The notes beneath the pieces are model-generated. The model was not told the DNA's origin and ran no database searches. It saw nothing but the letters and a program-made list of their open reading frames with translations. A stretch of DNA of 64,000 bases from Octopus sinensis. Its lineage: Eukaryota. A program made the translations under genes and the position numbers. The DNA is taken from the NCBI RefSeq assembly GCF_006345805.1, contig NC_043013.1, positions 14,384,001 to 14,448,000 of the forward strand. The letters run 5' to 3'. Numbering within the stretch: position 1 is the first letter of the stretch; each line of letters begins with the position of its first letter. Shown piece after piece: positions 26,737 through 39,149 of this stretch.

Positions 26737-27669
26737 GTTTGTAATTTATTACTTTTAATTTATTTTCCAGTTTTAGCATAAAAACTTCTGTAAAATTTTA
26801 TTGCCATTCTTTAGTAAATATTTCCTGTTTACAGTTATATATTTATATTTTGTCTTTTATCTATTATTTGTTTTAGTCCTTAGACTGAGACCATTTTGAG
26901 GCACCATCTTAAAAAACCTCAGTTGAGCTAATCGACTCCAGAACTTTCTTTTTTTCAGCTTGGTTCTTATTCTATTGGTCTATTTTGTGAACCACTAAGT
27001 TGTGGGGACATGAACACACCAACACTGGTTCTCTAGTGGTGATGGAAGACATACACAGGCACAAAGAAGTACACACACACACACACACATATGTATGTAT
27101 ATTCATATATATATCACCATCATCATCATCATTTAACGTCTGTTGTCCATGGGTCGGATGGTTTGACTGGGCTGGCAGGCTAGAAGGCTGATTTGGCATG
27201 ATTTCTACAGCAGGATGCCCTTCCTAACACCAACTACACCAAGAGTGTAATGGGAGCTTTTATGTGCCACCAGCATGGGTGCCATTTGCATGACAATGGT
27301 ATTTACCATGACTGTGATTTTGCTTGGGTTGATGGATCTTCTTCTCATACATGACATAATGCCAAAGGTCTTAGTCATTGCCTCTGTGAGGCCAAATACT
27401 TGAAAGTAACACAGCCACTTTGCCTCTGTGAAGCTCAACACCCGAAAGGAACTCCCCTCCATGAGGTCCAACACTTGAAAGGTGCTCTTTACATGCCACC
27501 AGCACAAGTGCCTGTTACATGACTCTAGCATCAGTCATGACTTTGAACTCACTTGGCTTGATGGGTCTTGTCAAGCACAGCATAATCGCCAAAGGTCTCA
27601 GCCAGTGGTCATTGCCTCTGTGAGGCTCAAAGTTCGAAATTCATGTTTTGCTACCTTGTCCCATGTCTT

Positions 27670-28215
27670 CCTGGATCTACTTCTACCACAGGTTCCCTCC
27701 ATAGTTAGAGATCAGCACATAGTGCTGATCTCTGAGGGTTTTTGTATTCAAGAGCATCCATGCATCATACTGTCTGGTGAGAATGAAATCGATCTGGCTA
27801 GTAAAATCATCTGATTGATAGGTGATCAGGTGGTTGGCTGGCTTCCTGAAGTTGGTGTTGCAGATCAGTAAGTCATTTGCATCACAGAACTCTAATAGCC
27901 TTGTTCCCTCTTCATTTTGGACATCAGTTGCACAGCCCCCGTATACAGCATAGAAGATAATAGGGTGCCATTTGACATGCCCATTGAAATCCCCAACCAC
28001 GAAGACAAAACCATAGTCCCTCATATTTAAAGTAGCCTGCAGAAGAATGTAGTAAAAGTGGTCCTTCTGTTCATTTGGCAGGCCTGCTTGTGGGGCATAG
28101 GCAGAGATAATTGTAGCTATGCTATTCTGTAAGACTAGCCTGAGCTTAAGTATTCTACTGACACTCAGACTACCTCTATGACCTTATCCACCCATTTCTC
28201 TGCAAGAAATATTCC
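27670..28215 (-). mobile_element. RTE-like LINE APE endonuclease fragment (same group as 2553-3625)
   Basis: GDFNGH, LLEFCDANDLLICNTNFRK, QIDFILTR. Confidence 0.8.
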
Positions 28216-28749
28216 CACACCATCTACTCCATCACTGTTACCTTCTCAGAAAGTATATATATATATATATACACATAATGGGTTTCTTTCAGCTTCTGTC
28301 GACCAAATCTACTTGCAAGATTTTGATCAATCCAAGGCTATAGTAGAAAATACTTGCCCAAGGTGCCACACAGTGGGACTGAACCCAGAACGATGTGGTT
28401 GGGAAGCAAGCTTCTTACCACGGAGCCATTCATATTCTCATACTCTACCATTTAAGGCAGATTGTTGTTTTATCTTGTACCAAATACATTAATAAATAAG
28501 ATTTACTGGTTTTTGATATTTACTTCAAATTTGGGACATCTCCCCCCCCCTCCACCATCACCACAACTGCCAATCACAAACTGAAAGGAAGTACAATGCC
28601 CAGCAGCAAGTCAAAAATATTTCAGGATTTCATACTTTTGATGAAAATTTATTTGTAACTGAAGGTAAATAAAATAAAAAAGAAAAGACAAATATGACAG
28701 CTTGTATATATTAAATACAAAATAACAAACAATTGTTCTTTATTTTCAG

Positions 28750-28812
28750 ATGGAAAATATTGATACATCTCTAGCATGGATAAAAGAGAATCTCATGAAA
28801 ACAAAGCCATAA
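28750..28812 (+). CDS. TRPM: TRPM-family channel terminal coding exon (phase 0)
   Basis: ttttcag acceptor. Encodes MENIDTSLAWIKENLMKTKP*; no GT donor before the TAA. Confidence 0.8.
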   Translation: MENIDTSLAWIKENLMKTKP

Positions 28813-29599
28813 GGAGATTGTTCCTGGAGAAGACTTACCTGAATCTGATAAAACATTTTCTTCCTAAAATATTGATAATTCCCTCGACTACATACAACCA
28901 TATAACCATATAACTAACATTTATTACACTTAAAGTATCAGCTAGTTGAAAATAATAACAAACCATTGTGACATACAAATGAATTCTAAAATAAAAACTT
29001 TAAGGTATAAACCAAATATTTTGGTCCTGTAAATAATCCAGAATTTTAACATAATATATTAACATAAATTTGCTTAGAATCTGGTAAATGCAAGAATCTG
29101 AAGTACAAAATATAAAGATAACACTTTCATATTAGGAACAGAGTCTAACCAAATTATTGAGAATTCCCTCTATCTACTGTATGCAACCATATAACTATAT
29201 AATTAACATTTACTACTCTTAAAGTCTCAATTACTTACTAAATCATAATAAGCCATAGACAACGGCAACACTAACCTCAGGAATGGATGTTGTTGTTGTT
29301 GTTGTTAATGGTTTTGGGACAGAAATAATCTTACAAAATAAGAATAAATTCTAAAATTGTGCCAACCCAACCAATGTTTTAATGTAATGTATTAAATGTA
29401 TTTTACTAACAGTCAAGTAAATCTAAGAACTTGAAGTATGAAATAGAGATATGATACTTCCAAATAAGTGTTGGAGAATAGGAATTACTGAATTTAAATC
29501 GACCAGTGGATGAACTGCTGCAAAGGGAAATGACAGGAACATCACAATATATAACAGATAACAGATATTTCACTCTATGTTTGTTACAGGTTCTAAAAT

Positions 29600-29745
29600 G
29601 TTAACAATATTCAGAATTCTTAATTTACTTTTATTCTCCTGAAATATTAACAACATTCAGAATTCTTAATTTACTTTTATTCTCCTGAAATATTAACAAC
29701 ATTCAGAATTCTTAATTTACTTTTATTCTATTAGCAATATTCAGA
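29600..29745. repeat. 46-bp minisatellite, about 3 copies
   Basis: TCAGAATTCTT recurs at 29611, 29657 and 29703. Confidence 0.9.
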
Positions 29746-30411
29746 AAACTTTTCATTTTTATTGCCCCAAAATATTAACAATTTTCCAAAAACTTGTTAC
29801 TTTTATACTTCTAAAATATCAAATAATATTCAGAAATCTAACTTTATGTTTATTATTCTAATTAACTTCAATGTAATAAAAATTTTAATAAAAATATCAA
29901 TACATCTATTTGTTTATTTTTCTGCATGCAAACCTATACACAACTACACACACACACATACACACATACAAAGCAACCCCCCCCCACATCCTTACACATT
30001 GTCCAGTCTTTCCTTTCCCTACTTTCTGTGATGCATACAACATTTGGCATCCCCACCCTTATCCCCCATCTGCTACATCTACCCTTCAGCTGTGCCCAGT
30101 CTTCACAATTGTCACCTACTTCCTCTTGATGATTCCTCGACTGTATTTCTCCATTTCACCCTTGAAATCCTCTCCCACCCACAGTCCTTGTTCTTCTCTT
30201 TTAGTCACCTTGAGGGTCCACGTAAACACCTCATCACTACCATTTTCATCTCATTCCACCTCCCCACCTTCTCTTATAAAATAAGTAAACATGTAGCTCA
30301 TCTAGTATTTTCTGCTGTGGCCCTTTCTCTCAGCATTTAACCCCTCATATCCGAATGTAAACCACACTCTCTTGGGTTCATTGTCTTGCAAGTTGCATTG
30401 TATCATAGATA

Positions 30412-30830
30412 TGAAGGCGGCGAGCTGGCAGAGACATTAGTATACTGGGCAAAATGCTTAGCAGTATTTCGTCTGCCGCTACGTTCTGAGTTCAAATTCC
30501 GCCGAGGTCGACTTTGCCTTTCATCCTTTCGGGGTCAATTAAATAAGTTCCAGTTACGCACTGGGGTCGATATAATCGACTTAATCCGTTTGTCTGTCCT
30601 AGTTTGTCCTCTCTGGGTTTAGCCCCTTGTGGGCAGTAAAGAAATAGGTATTTCGTCTGCCGCTACGTTCTGAGTTCAAATTCCGCCGAGGTCGACTTTG
30701 CCTTTCATCCTTTCGGGGTCAATTAAATAAGTTCAAGTTACGCACTGGGGTCGATGTAATCGACTTAATCCGTTAGTCTGTCCTTGTTTGTCCTCTCTGG
30801 GTTTAGCCCCTTGTGGGTAGTAAAGAAATA
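30412..30830 (+). mobile_element. SINE family B with a 184-bp tandem duplication of its body
   Basis: 30464-30647 is repeated nearly identically at 30648-30830. Confidence 0.9.
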
Positions 30831-30952
30831 TGCACTGTATCGTAACTAGTGCTAGTGGTAGAGAAATGCACCCAGTATGTGCAGTAACATGGTTGGCATT
30901 ACGAAGGACATAAAACAACCTGCCAAGATAAACACTGGAGTTGAATTGTATA

Positions 30953-31505
30953 CAGTAATATCTCACTTTACGAGGACACGCTTTATGAGACTCCAGGTTT
31001 ACGAGCTGAATTTTTCAAGTACAAGATCCAAATTATGAATTTAAGTGCAGAAGTTTCTACTACCATAACAAACACTTCTGTGTGTTACCAAGAAATTTTT
31101 TGAGAGCGAATAAAAGCTTCTTTTAAATAAACAACTCTGGACTTGTTTTTAAAAGGAACTCTACAAGTCTGTCTATGAGTGCTTGTGAATCGGCGATCAC
31201 GTCTACAAGTGATGGTGTGTGTAAATCTAATGTGAGTGAAAGTAATTCAGAATACGATTATAATATATTTTTTATTATAAAAGATCTTGACTTTTGTTTT
31301 TACATAAAAAAATCCTTTACATTCTACAGTAGCTTTAGTGCCATTTAGTTATGAGTATTGTAAATTTTATGGGTAAAGTATTTTTCTGGGAATGAATTAT
31401 GATTTATAACATTGCTACTATGGGAAATTATTGCTCTGCTTTACAAGTTTTCACTTTACGAGCGGTCTCCAGGAACAAATTAACTTGAATATCGAGGCAT
31501 TATTA
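30953..31505. mobile_element. Probable pogo/Tigger-like non-autonomous DNA element
   Basis: TA-CAGTAATATCTC at the left end, degenerate inverted ATCGAGGCATTATTA-TA at the right; internal TTTACGAG motif three times. Confidence 0.45.
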
Positions 31506-31769
31506 TATATGTGTGTGTCTGTGTGTATGTGCGTGTGTGTGCGTGTGTGTACACTGTATCCTTACTTGTGGATATATGATTTTAACAAAGTAGGAGTAAG
31601 CGATGTATTTAGAGACGTAACTTCCGACTACCAACACGTGAGACTCCAATGACTTCTTTTTCTTCAACGAGACACTCTTTATAAGAATTTGATGAGTCCA
31701 CCTTTAAATCCCAGAGGGGTGTTAATGTCTAACACCACAACATGTCTGTGTGTGTGTGTGTTTTTTTCA

Positions 31770-32020
31770 GAGTAGTCAGACTTGTTCATCACTACTGTAG
31801 CATTTCCTTTGTCCGCTGGAAGTATTATGATAGAATTGTCACTCTGTAGTCTTTTCATAGTGAACTTTTCTTCTTTACTGATGTTTGGTTCAGGAAGTTT
31901 TGCTTTTTCAAGTAGCTGTTTTGCTTTCCACCTTAGTTCATCTCCCTGAGCTTTTGGTATCTTTATGGCTTCAATAGGGGCTATTATGTCCAAGTATGCA
32001 ATATGCTTGATGGTTGCCAC
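31770..32020 (-). mobile_element. Penelope-like element RT N-terminal fragment
   Basis: IIILPADKGNATVVMNKSDYSEK. Confidence 0.8.
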
Positions 32021-32159
32021 AAAGCAAATGGTGTTGGTGGTGCTAGTGATGCTAGTGTTGCTTCTGGTGCTGCTGGTGATTGTGGTGTTGGTGGCGCTGG
32101 TGATGCTGGTGGTGTTGGTGGTGCTAATGATGCTGGTGGGGCTACTGTTTAGATGGATA

Positions 32160-32270
32160 GGATTTTTCTAATGATGTTAGCAGTACTTGTCAGCACAATC
32201 TTTTGGATTTCTCTGAGGCATGGTTCTTTTGGGATTTTATCTAGATGTTTCTGACATCCCTTTTTTAACT
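32160..32270 (-). mobile_element. REL-type retrotransposon 3' end fragment
   Basis: Homologous to 36690-36890 (GCQKHLDK.P..PCLRE...IVLTST). Confidence 0.6.
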
Positions 32271-33125
32271 ACAGGTTCAGATGATCAGAGGCTAGTTGAG
32301 AAAGAGACATAGAACACTGCATCTTAATACCAATATCAATAAATTCTAGCTTAACTACTATGTAATTCGCCCAAATCACTAATCCACCATCCTTCAGTCC
32401 GCTGATGATGTCGGATCAGTGATGGTGGACTTGTACTTGATTGGAAATTTTATCAACACTGATAAAACGAAAACAAGTTAAAAAACAAGTTAAAAATCAA
32501 CAACAAAAAAAGAAGAAAAAAAAACAATCAAATACAAGGGAAACAACCCTTCATCAAAATTGTATTAAATAAGGAGTATTTTCCCTTGGATAGAATTTTT
32601 TTTTTGTTTAACAAATATTTATCATTGTAAGAAAGCAAAATATATTTTTAATGACATGTTTGGTTATTATCTAAATTAGGCTAACTAAATCAGATCTCAG
32701 GCCACTGGGCACTTCTAGGCCACCTCGCGGACTGCACTCCCTCCCAACCTGATAAAATAACACAAATAAAATAACAAATAACACACAAAATCAATGATAA
32801 TAAATGTAAATTGAACCTTTCTTAAGAGTTGCTGTAATCACAATCTGAAACGATTAATGTGAAGGCTGGTGATTCTTTGAAACAGATAGAGAGTCAATGT
32901 CCGGCTTCATGGAAGAGGAGGCCAGGAGTATCTGGAAAGTAGGATGCTGTTCTGGCTGCGGAGAAGACGGCCGCTGACTGGCTCTGTTAAATTTGCCGTC
33001 GATTCAATACATCCCAGCAGGTCACGAGAAATGTGCCGCTGGACGCACCTACTGGAAATCAAGACAAGACGCCGAGGGCCGCGCAGAAATTGCTCGCGAG
33101 CAAAACGTTGCTCACGCCTGATCTA

Positions 33126-33151
33126 TTGGGTTGGCAACTAAGTTCCCGCCG

Positions 33152-33185
<34 letters not shown>

Positions 33186-34450
33186 TTGGAATTTATTGCG
33201 TTTTTAAATTTTGGAATCTATTTTTTTCGAGAATTCTATTTTTGAATCATTTTGGAATCTATTTTGTTTGTTTGTTTTTTTTTTGGTTTGTTTTGTTACT
33301 TAATTTTAGTTAATTTTTATTTATTATCAGATCAATAAAATGGAATGTCAAGTTAAGACAAGTTAAGAAAAACGAGCATTTTCGACACCACCTTTTGCTT
33401 TTAATTAAGGTTCTAAGATCGCAAAAGCCGCTCGCGACATTTGTGCTGTGTGTAGAGAGGGTGCCATAGTTGAAAGAATCGCTCGAGATTGGTATGCCAA
33501 GTTCAAAAATGGAAATTTTGATCTCAAAGACGCACCTCGTTCTGGCCTTCCAGTTGAGTTCGATGAAGAGCGATTAAACCAACTTTTGCACGAAAATTCT
33601 CGTCAAACGACAAGGGAGTGCTCCCACACTGTAATAGAGAAACATCTTCACTCGATGGGAAAGGTTCAAAAGTATGGAGCATGGGTTCTGCATGCTTTAA
33701 GTGACAACAACAAAAGTCAACGACTCACAATCTCCGCTGGTTTGCTTGCTCGTCACCGCTCAACTCATGGACACAAGCAACGATTTCTTTACCGAATCGT
33801 TACTGGCGACGAAAAATGGTGCCTGTACATCAATATGAAGCAGTGTAAAGAATGGCTTAGACCAGGTAAACAAGCAACACCGCGCGTGAAACAAGATCTT
33901 CATCCGCGTTAAACGATGTTGTGCTTATGGTGGGACTGGGAACTGATTATCCATTACGAATTGCTTGATCGGAACCAAACGGTCAACGTGGATCTCTATG
34001 TTCAACAGATGGAACTACCTCAACACGGCTATTCAAGAGAAAAGACCTAATCGGCAGCATGGAGTTCTTCTGCTGCACGACAACGCCCGCCCTCATATCG
34101 CCAATATGACCAAGGAAGCCATTCAAGCACATGGCTGGAAAGTTCTGCCACACCCGCTGTACTCTCCTGATTTGGCACCAACGGATTTCCACCTCTTTCA
34201 ATCTCTTTCAAATGCTATGCGCGGAGTTTTGTTCAATACTGATGCAGAATTGAGAACTTGGTTGGATCATTTTTCGAGTCGAAATCGGGTGATTTCTACC
34301 AACGAGGTATTGAAAATTTTGTTGAACGTTGGGAAGAAGTTGTAAACAACAAGGGTGAATACATTATTAATTAATTAGTTGTTAATTTTTATTAAACCTT
34401 TTAAAAAATTTAAATTTAAAAAACCGGTGGCAACTTAGTTGCCAACCCAA
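33126..34450 (+). mobile_element. Mariner (DD34D) transposon with both TIRs; transposase disrupted
   Basis: TIR TTGGGTTGGCAACTAAGTT at both ends with flanking TA. Motifs PRSGLP, WVLHAL, VTGDEKW, LHDNARPH, YSPDLAPTD. In-frame TAA at 33910 and a frameshift downstream. Confidence 0.95.
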
Positions 34451-34929
34451 TACATAAATACAGACAGACAGACAGAAAGATAGAGAGACAGAAAAACACA
34501 TCCATCCATCCATCCATGCATACATACATACATGCACACATACATTCTCACACATGCATACATATGTTATATTTGTTTTTAATACTGGACTGCGGCCATG
34601 GTGGAGCACCACCTTGAAGGGTATGGTCGAACAAATAAATCCCGGGACTTCCTTTTTAAGCCCGGTACTTATACTATCGGCCCCTTGGCTGAACTACTAA
34701 GTTAGGGTACGTAAACAAACCAGCACCGGGTGACAAACGCAAGCATACGCACATAGTTATTGAATACATACATATACATTCATATATAAACTCATACACA
34801 CACGCACACGCACGCACACACACACACACGCACGCACATACACACGCACATACACATATACATATAAGAATGAGTAGGTAAACGAAGGAAAAGTGCACTC
34901 AACACATTTGGTGTGATATTATTATTTAA

Positions 34930-35150
34930 AACGGGAAGGCGGCGAGCTGGAAGAAACGTTAGCACGCCGGGCTTGACAGTATTTCGTCTGTCTTTACGTT
35001 CTGAGTTCAAATTCCGCCGAGGTCGACTTTGCCTTTCATCCTTTCAGGCCGATAAATTAAGTACCAGTTGCGTACTGGGGTCTATCTAATCGACTGGCAC
35101 TATCCCCCAAAATTTCGGGCCTTGTTCCTAGAGTAGAAAATATTATTATT
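34930..35150 (+). mobile_element. SINE family B copy with (ATT)n tail
   Basis: GGCGGCGAGCTGG head; same body as 30412. Confidence 0.85.
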
Positions 35151-36432
35151 CTAACGCTGGAGATGTATTACGGTGTCAGCTGATCACTACCAGTGAACTA
35201 AAGTAACACCCCTTATTTTTCGAGCACCATCAGGAGTATTCGAGCGGCTCCAAGCAGTGCTGTTTTCTACAAGTACTCCACCCTTATTGCAGCCCCTATT
35301 TGTTCCATTTACTTCTCAAGACAAGGACTCCGACAATTATTGGTACTACTACCACCTTTTTCAGCGACCACAACTGCTTAACATCTGAAGTTAACTTGTT
35401 ATATCTATCGACTTTTCTTTCTTCCTTATCGAATACCTTGTTGTCAGTAGGGTATGCTATATTTATGATCCAGCATCGTTTGCTTTCTTTCTCAGTTAAC
35501 ACTATATTTGGTTCCCTATTCTCTATCTCATGATTGCACTGAATCTTAAAGTCCCATAGAATCTTTGCATTATCATTTCCGATGAGGCCTTCGGGTTTAT
35601 GTTCGTACTACTTGTTTTTGCTCTGTCAAGTCCATACGTGTTGCAAAGTGTCCAATGGACAGTCCTTACTATATTGTCATGACGTCTATTATATTCTTTC
35701 TGAGCTAGTGGTGTACATTTACTGGTAATATGCTATACGGTTTCACTATTTTGTCCACAAATTCTACAGTTATCCCTTTCTGTATTTGATGTAATTGGTC
35801 CTTGATGCTTGCTCTTAGGCAGCACATATTAAAGCCTCCGTTTCCGTTTTTAAATTACTTTTAGTCATCCATAACCATCTTTTTTCTCTCCGTGTCTTAT
35901 CTTCAACATCCCAATGAAATTGTCCATGCATTCTTTTCTTTATCTATCTATTTCCAGTTTCATTCATTCTCAAATCCTTCTACAGTGCTTTATCTTTGCA
36001 ATCTTCCATCCTACGCAAGCCTGAGCTTCTTGCTTCCAGTAATAGCGGTTCTGTGACATTTTTTACATTCCATGCTATGTTGTTTTCTTCTGCTCTAATG
36101 CTGTGTTCGCACCCAATCAGTCCTCTTCCCTCTCTTTTTCTTGGTACATACAGTCTGTCTGTGTTACTTTTTGGGTGGAGTGTCCCATATCTAGTCAGCA
36201 ACTTCCTTGTCTTTCTGTCTAAGCTGTTTAATTCGTCTACTGTCCATACGATTACCCCTGCTCCATATCTAAAGAGTTAAACCACCCAGGTGTTGATGGC
36301 TTCAATCTTATTCCGTCCGTTTAATTTCGACTTAAGGATCAATCTTAGTCTGCGCAAGTACTCTACCTTAAATTTTTCCGTCATTTCTTTCTCCATCAAT
36401 ATATCCATTTCCAATATCCAATATCCCTTTCT
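35150..36432 (-). mobile_element. REL-type retrotransposon 3' part (same family as 20765-21950)
   Basis: RYGTLHPKSNTDRLYVPRKREGRG, CRIC, WIINIAYPTDN; 3' end lies in the ATT tail of the preceding SINE. Confidence 0.85.
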
Positions 36433-36570
36433 TCCGCCGAGGTCGGCTTTGCCTTTCATCCTTTCGGAGTCGATAAATCACCACTTGCGTACTGGGGTCG
36501 ATGTAATCGACTCGATCCCTTCCCCTAAATTTGAGGCCTTGTGCTTCCAGTAGAAAGGATTATTATTATT
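36433..36570 (+). mobile_element. SINE family B body and tail, fused to the 5' end of the REL fragment
   Basis: TTCCGCCGAGGTCGGCTTTGCCTTTCATCC...GAAAGGATTATTATT. Confidence 0.8.
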
Positions 36571-36689
36571 ATTTTTACTTTTAATTTGCATGTTTGTTAC
36601 AGCCACTCGCATCTTGGGGCGAGTGACGGATAAGATATGTTACAGTATGACTGAAAGTTTGTGGAGGGAGGTAGTTAAATATCTTCATG

Positions 36690-36890
36690 TTATACAACAC
36701 AGACATTTAAGTGGGTAGGTTTTTCTAAGGATATGGGTAGTACTTGTCAGCACAATCGTTTTGGTTTCTCTGAGACATGGTTCTCTTGGGAGCTTATCTA
36801 AATGTTTCTGACATCCCTTTATTATCATACCTAAGGAACCTACAATAACAGGAACAATTCTCGTTTTAAGATGCCACATCATTTGTATTT
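36690..36890 (-). mobile_element. REL-type retrotransposon 3' end fragment
   Basis: LKTRIVPVIVGSLG...TSTTHILRKT. Confidence 0.7.
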
Positions 36891-37061
36891 CAATTTGCAG
36901 GTCCTTATATTTACTTAGTTTGTATTTTGTATTTCAATTTGCAGGTCCTTATATTTACTTAGTTTTTAGCAGAAAAAACATTTACATCTATTAGTGTACA
37001 AGTTTTTTCTTCTCTGTCTTTAATAATTATGCCTGGTCGATTAGCTTGGATCGTTCTATCA

Positions 37062-37116
<55 letters not shown>

Positions 37117-37317
37117 GTCAATTTTTGCCACAGTGGCAGCATAGGGAGATAGGGATGAGTAGATTACATCGACCTCAGTGTTCAACAGGTACTTATTTTA
37201 TCCACTCCGAAAATATGAAAGGCAAAGTTGACCTCGGCGGAATTTGAACTCAGAACGTAGCGACAGGCGAAATACCACTAAGCGTGCTATCAATTCTGCC
37301 AGCTCACCACCTGAATA

Positions 37318-37371
<54 letters not shown>

Positions 37372-37377
37372 GTAACA

Positions 37378-37427
<50 letters not shown>

Positions 37428-37430
37428 TGT
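37062..37430. repeat. (TTA)n, minus-strand SINE B (about 37130-37314), then long (TAA)n
   Basis: Direct reading. Confidence 0.85.
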
Positions 37431-39050
37431 CAATAACGAATATATCTTTGTTTTTTCTAACTGCATGATTATGTCTATTTTTCTGTTTTGATTCTCCTCT
37501 TTGTATTAAATACGTTAATACTAACTTCACTTCTTTCGTACAGAAAGCGTCTATATGGTGTTGACTTACATATGTTTCTTTAACATCGATATCACACATT
37601 TTATTTCTTCATTCTTTAAACAAGTCTGGTTTCCATGCCGACCTGTTTACAGTTTACTGCATTTTACATCTAAAACAACAACAACAACAAAAATAGATTC
37701 TCCTTTCGCTTCTTTATTACATAAGACAATGACGATGTTATGAGATCGTAACATCCCTGAAGCAGTCTCCCATACTTAGAGAATAATTCAAAAACAATAT
37801 CAGTCGATGAACGATATTGTTTTTCCTTACTAATATAATAATTTCTAGTTAACTTTTTTGACTTCCCTTGCATTAAATATGTAAAAGCTAAATCATCATT
37901 TATTAGTAAAAAAAAAAGTAGGGAAGGAAATACGTATTCAGTAACTGTATTGAGCTCCCGAAAGATGAATGCTCAATTGTTAACATTAAGCTAGGAAAAC
38001 ATCTTATATACACATGCTAGAGATACACACTATTTCTTTATTTCCCATAAAGGGTTTACATAGAGGGGTGCATCACAACACATTGGGGACACAAAGCATC
38101 AAAAATTTAAATTAAAACAAAAACATAATTGTATGATAAAAGGATGAAAAGGGTGAAAATGAAGGATGAAAGTGATGTTAAATGCCCCATCAGTCAACAT
38201 CACTCACTTGCCTTCTTTCCCTATGTCAGTATTTCGAAAGTTATGTAGTCCTCTAGTTTCACCACATACCGCTTCTCAAGTTTATATCTCTTGTCTGAGT
38301 TTATACTCTTCCTTACTAACATATAAACGTTGTTATGTTGTTTTTCAAGTTCTTTTACTAGAGATACACACGTCCGCATACACATGCACACACACCCAAG
38401 CACATACATAACACACGAACCCTCTTCAGATATTACAATTCAGTTGCTTAAGAAATGTATTTAAAAAACACGCCAAAAGAAAGTATAAAGAAAACTTAGC
38501 CAGTATTTTTCTTAAAGTTATGGTACTTTTAACAATACCTATTCGTTATCTATTATCGGCTGACAGCATTTTCTGTGGATGATTTGTGGGCCAGCTACGT
38601 CGTTTGATTGAGTTCGTTGCTATTTCAAGTTTCGTAGGTCCATAACAAGATCCCGACTCTTCTAGAATACCGATTCGGCATATATACACATACGGGAAGG
38701 TGCGTGGCTTAATGGCCAAAGTATTCAACACATTCCACTCAAGATCTGAAAGTCCTGAGATCGTTTCTCAGTGATGGGTTTTGCCGTCGAGAAGAACACT
38801 TTATTTCTCGTTGCTCCGGTCCACTCAACTGGCAAAAATGAGTTTTCCAAAGGCCCAGCCTGGTAACGTTGGTTGTGTTACTCTGAATTTCCCAGGGAAC
38901 CAAGTTAAATTGTACGTGTGACAGTGAAGTGCTCAATCACATGCTCTTTAATTTCAAAAGTACGCTGTTCTGTTGATCGGATCAACTGGAACACTCCTTG
39001 TAACCGACAGAGAGCCAAGGTATATATGCACATATATACATATATGCACG

Positions 39051-39086
<36 letters not shown>

Positions 39087-39149
39087 CACACATACACATG
39101 CGTATACGTACATATAATTCTTTGTTTTATAACAATGAAGAGTTACATC

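Noticed and set aside
29600-29745. Regularly spaced repeats as a CRISPR-like array
   Set aside because: Contiguous tandem units with no unique spacers, in a eukaryotic context.
31965-32171. Hydrophobic Val/Leu-rich ORF resembling a membrane protein
   Set aside because: Translation of a (GGT/GCT/GAT)n low-complexity tract; no splice or domain evidence.
32880-33123. GC-richer segment just upstream of the mariner with short ORFs
   Set aside because: Possibly a LINE fragment, but no motif was recognisable and there are no supporting splice sites.
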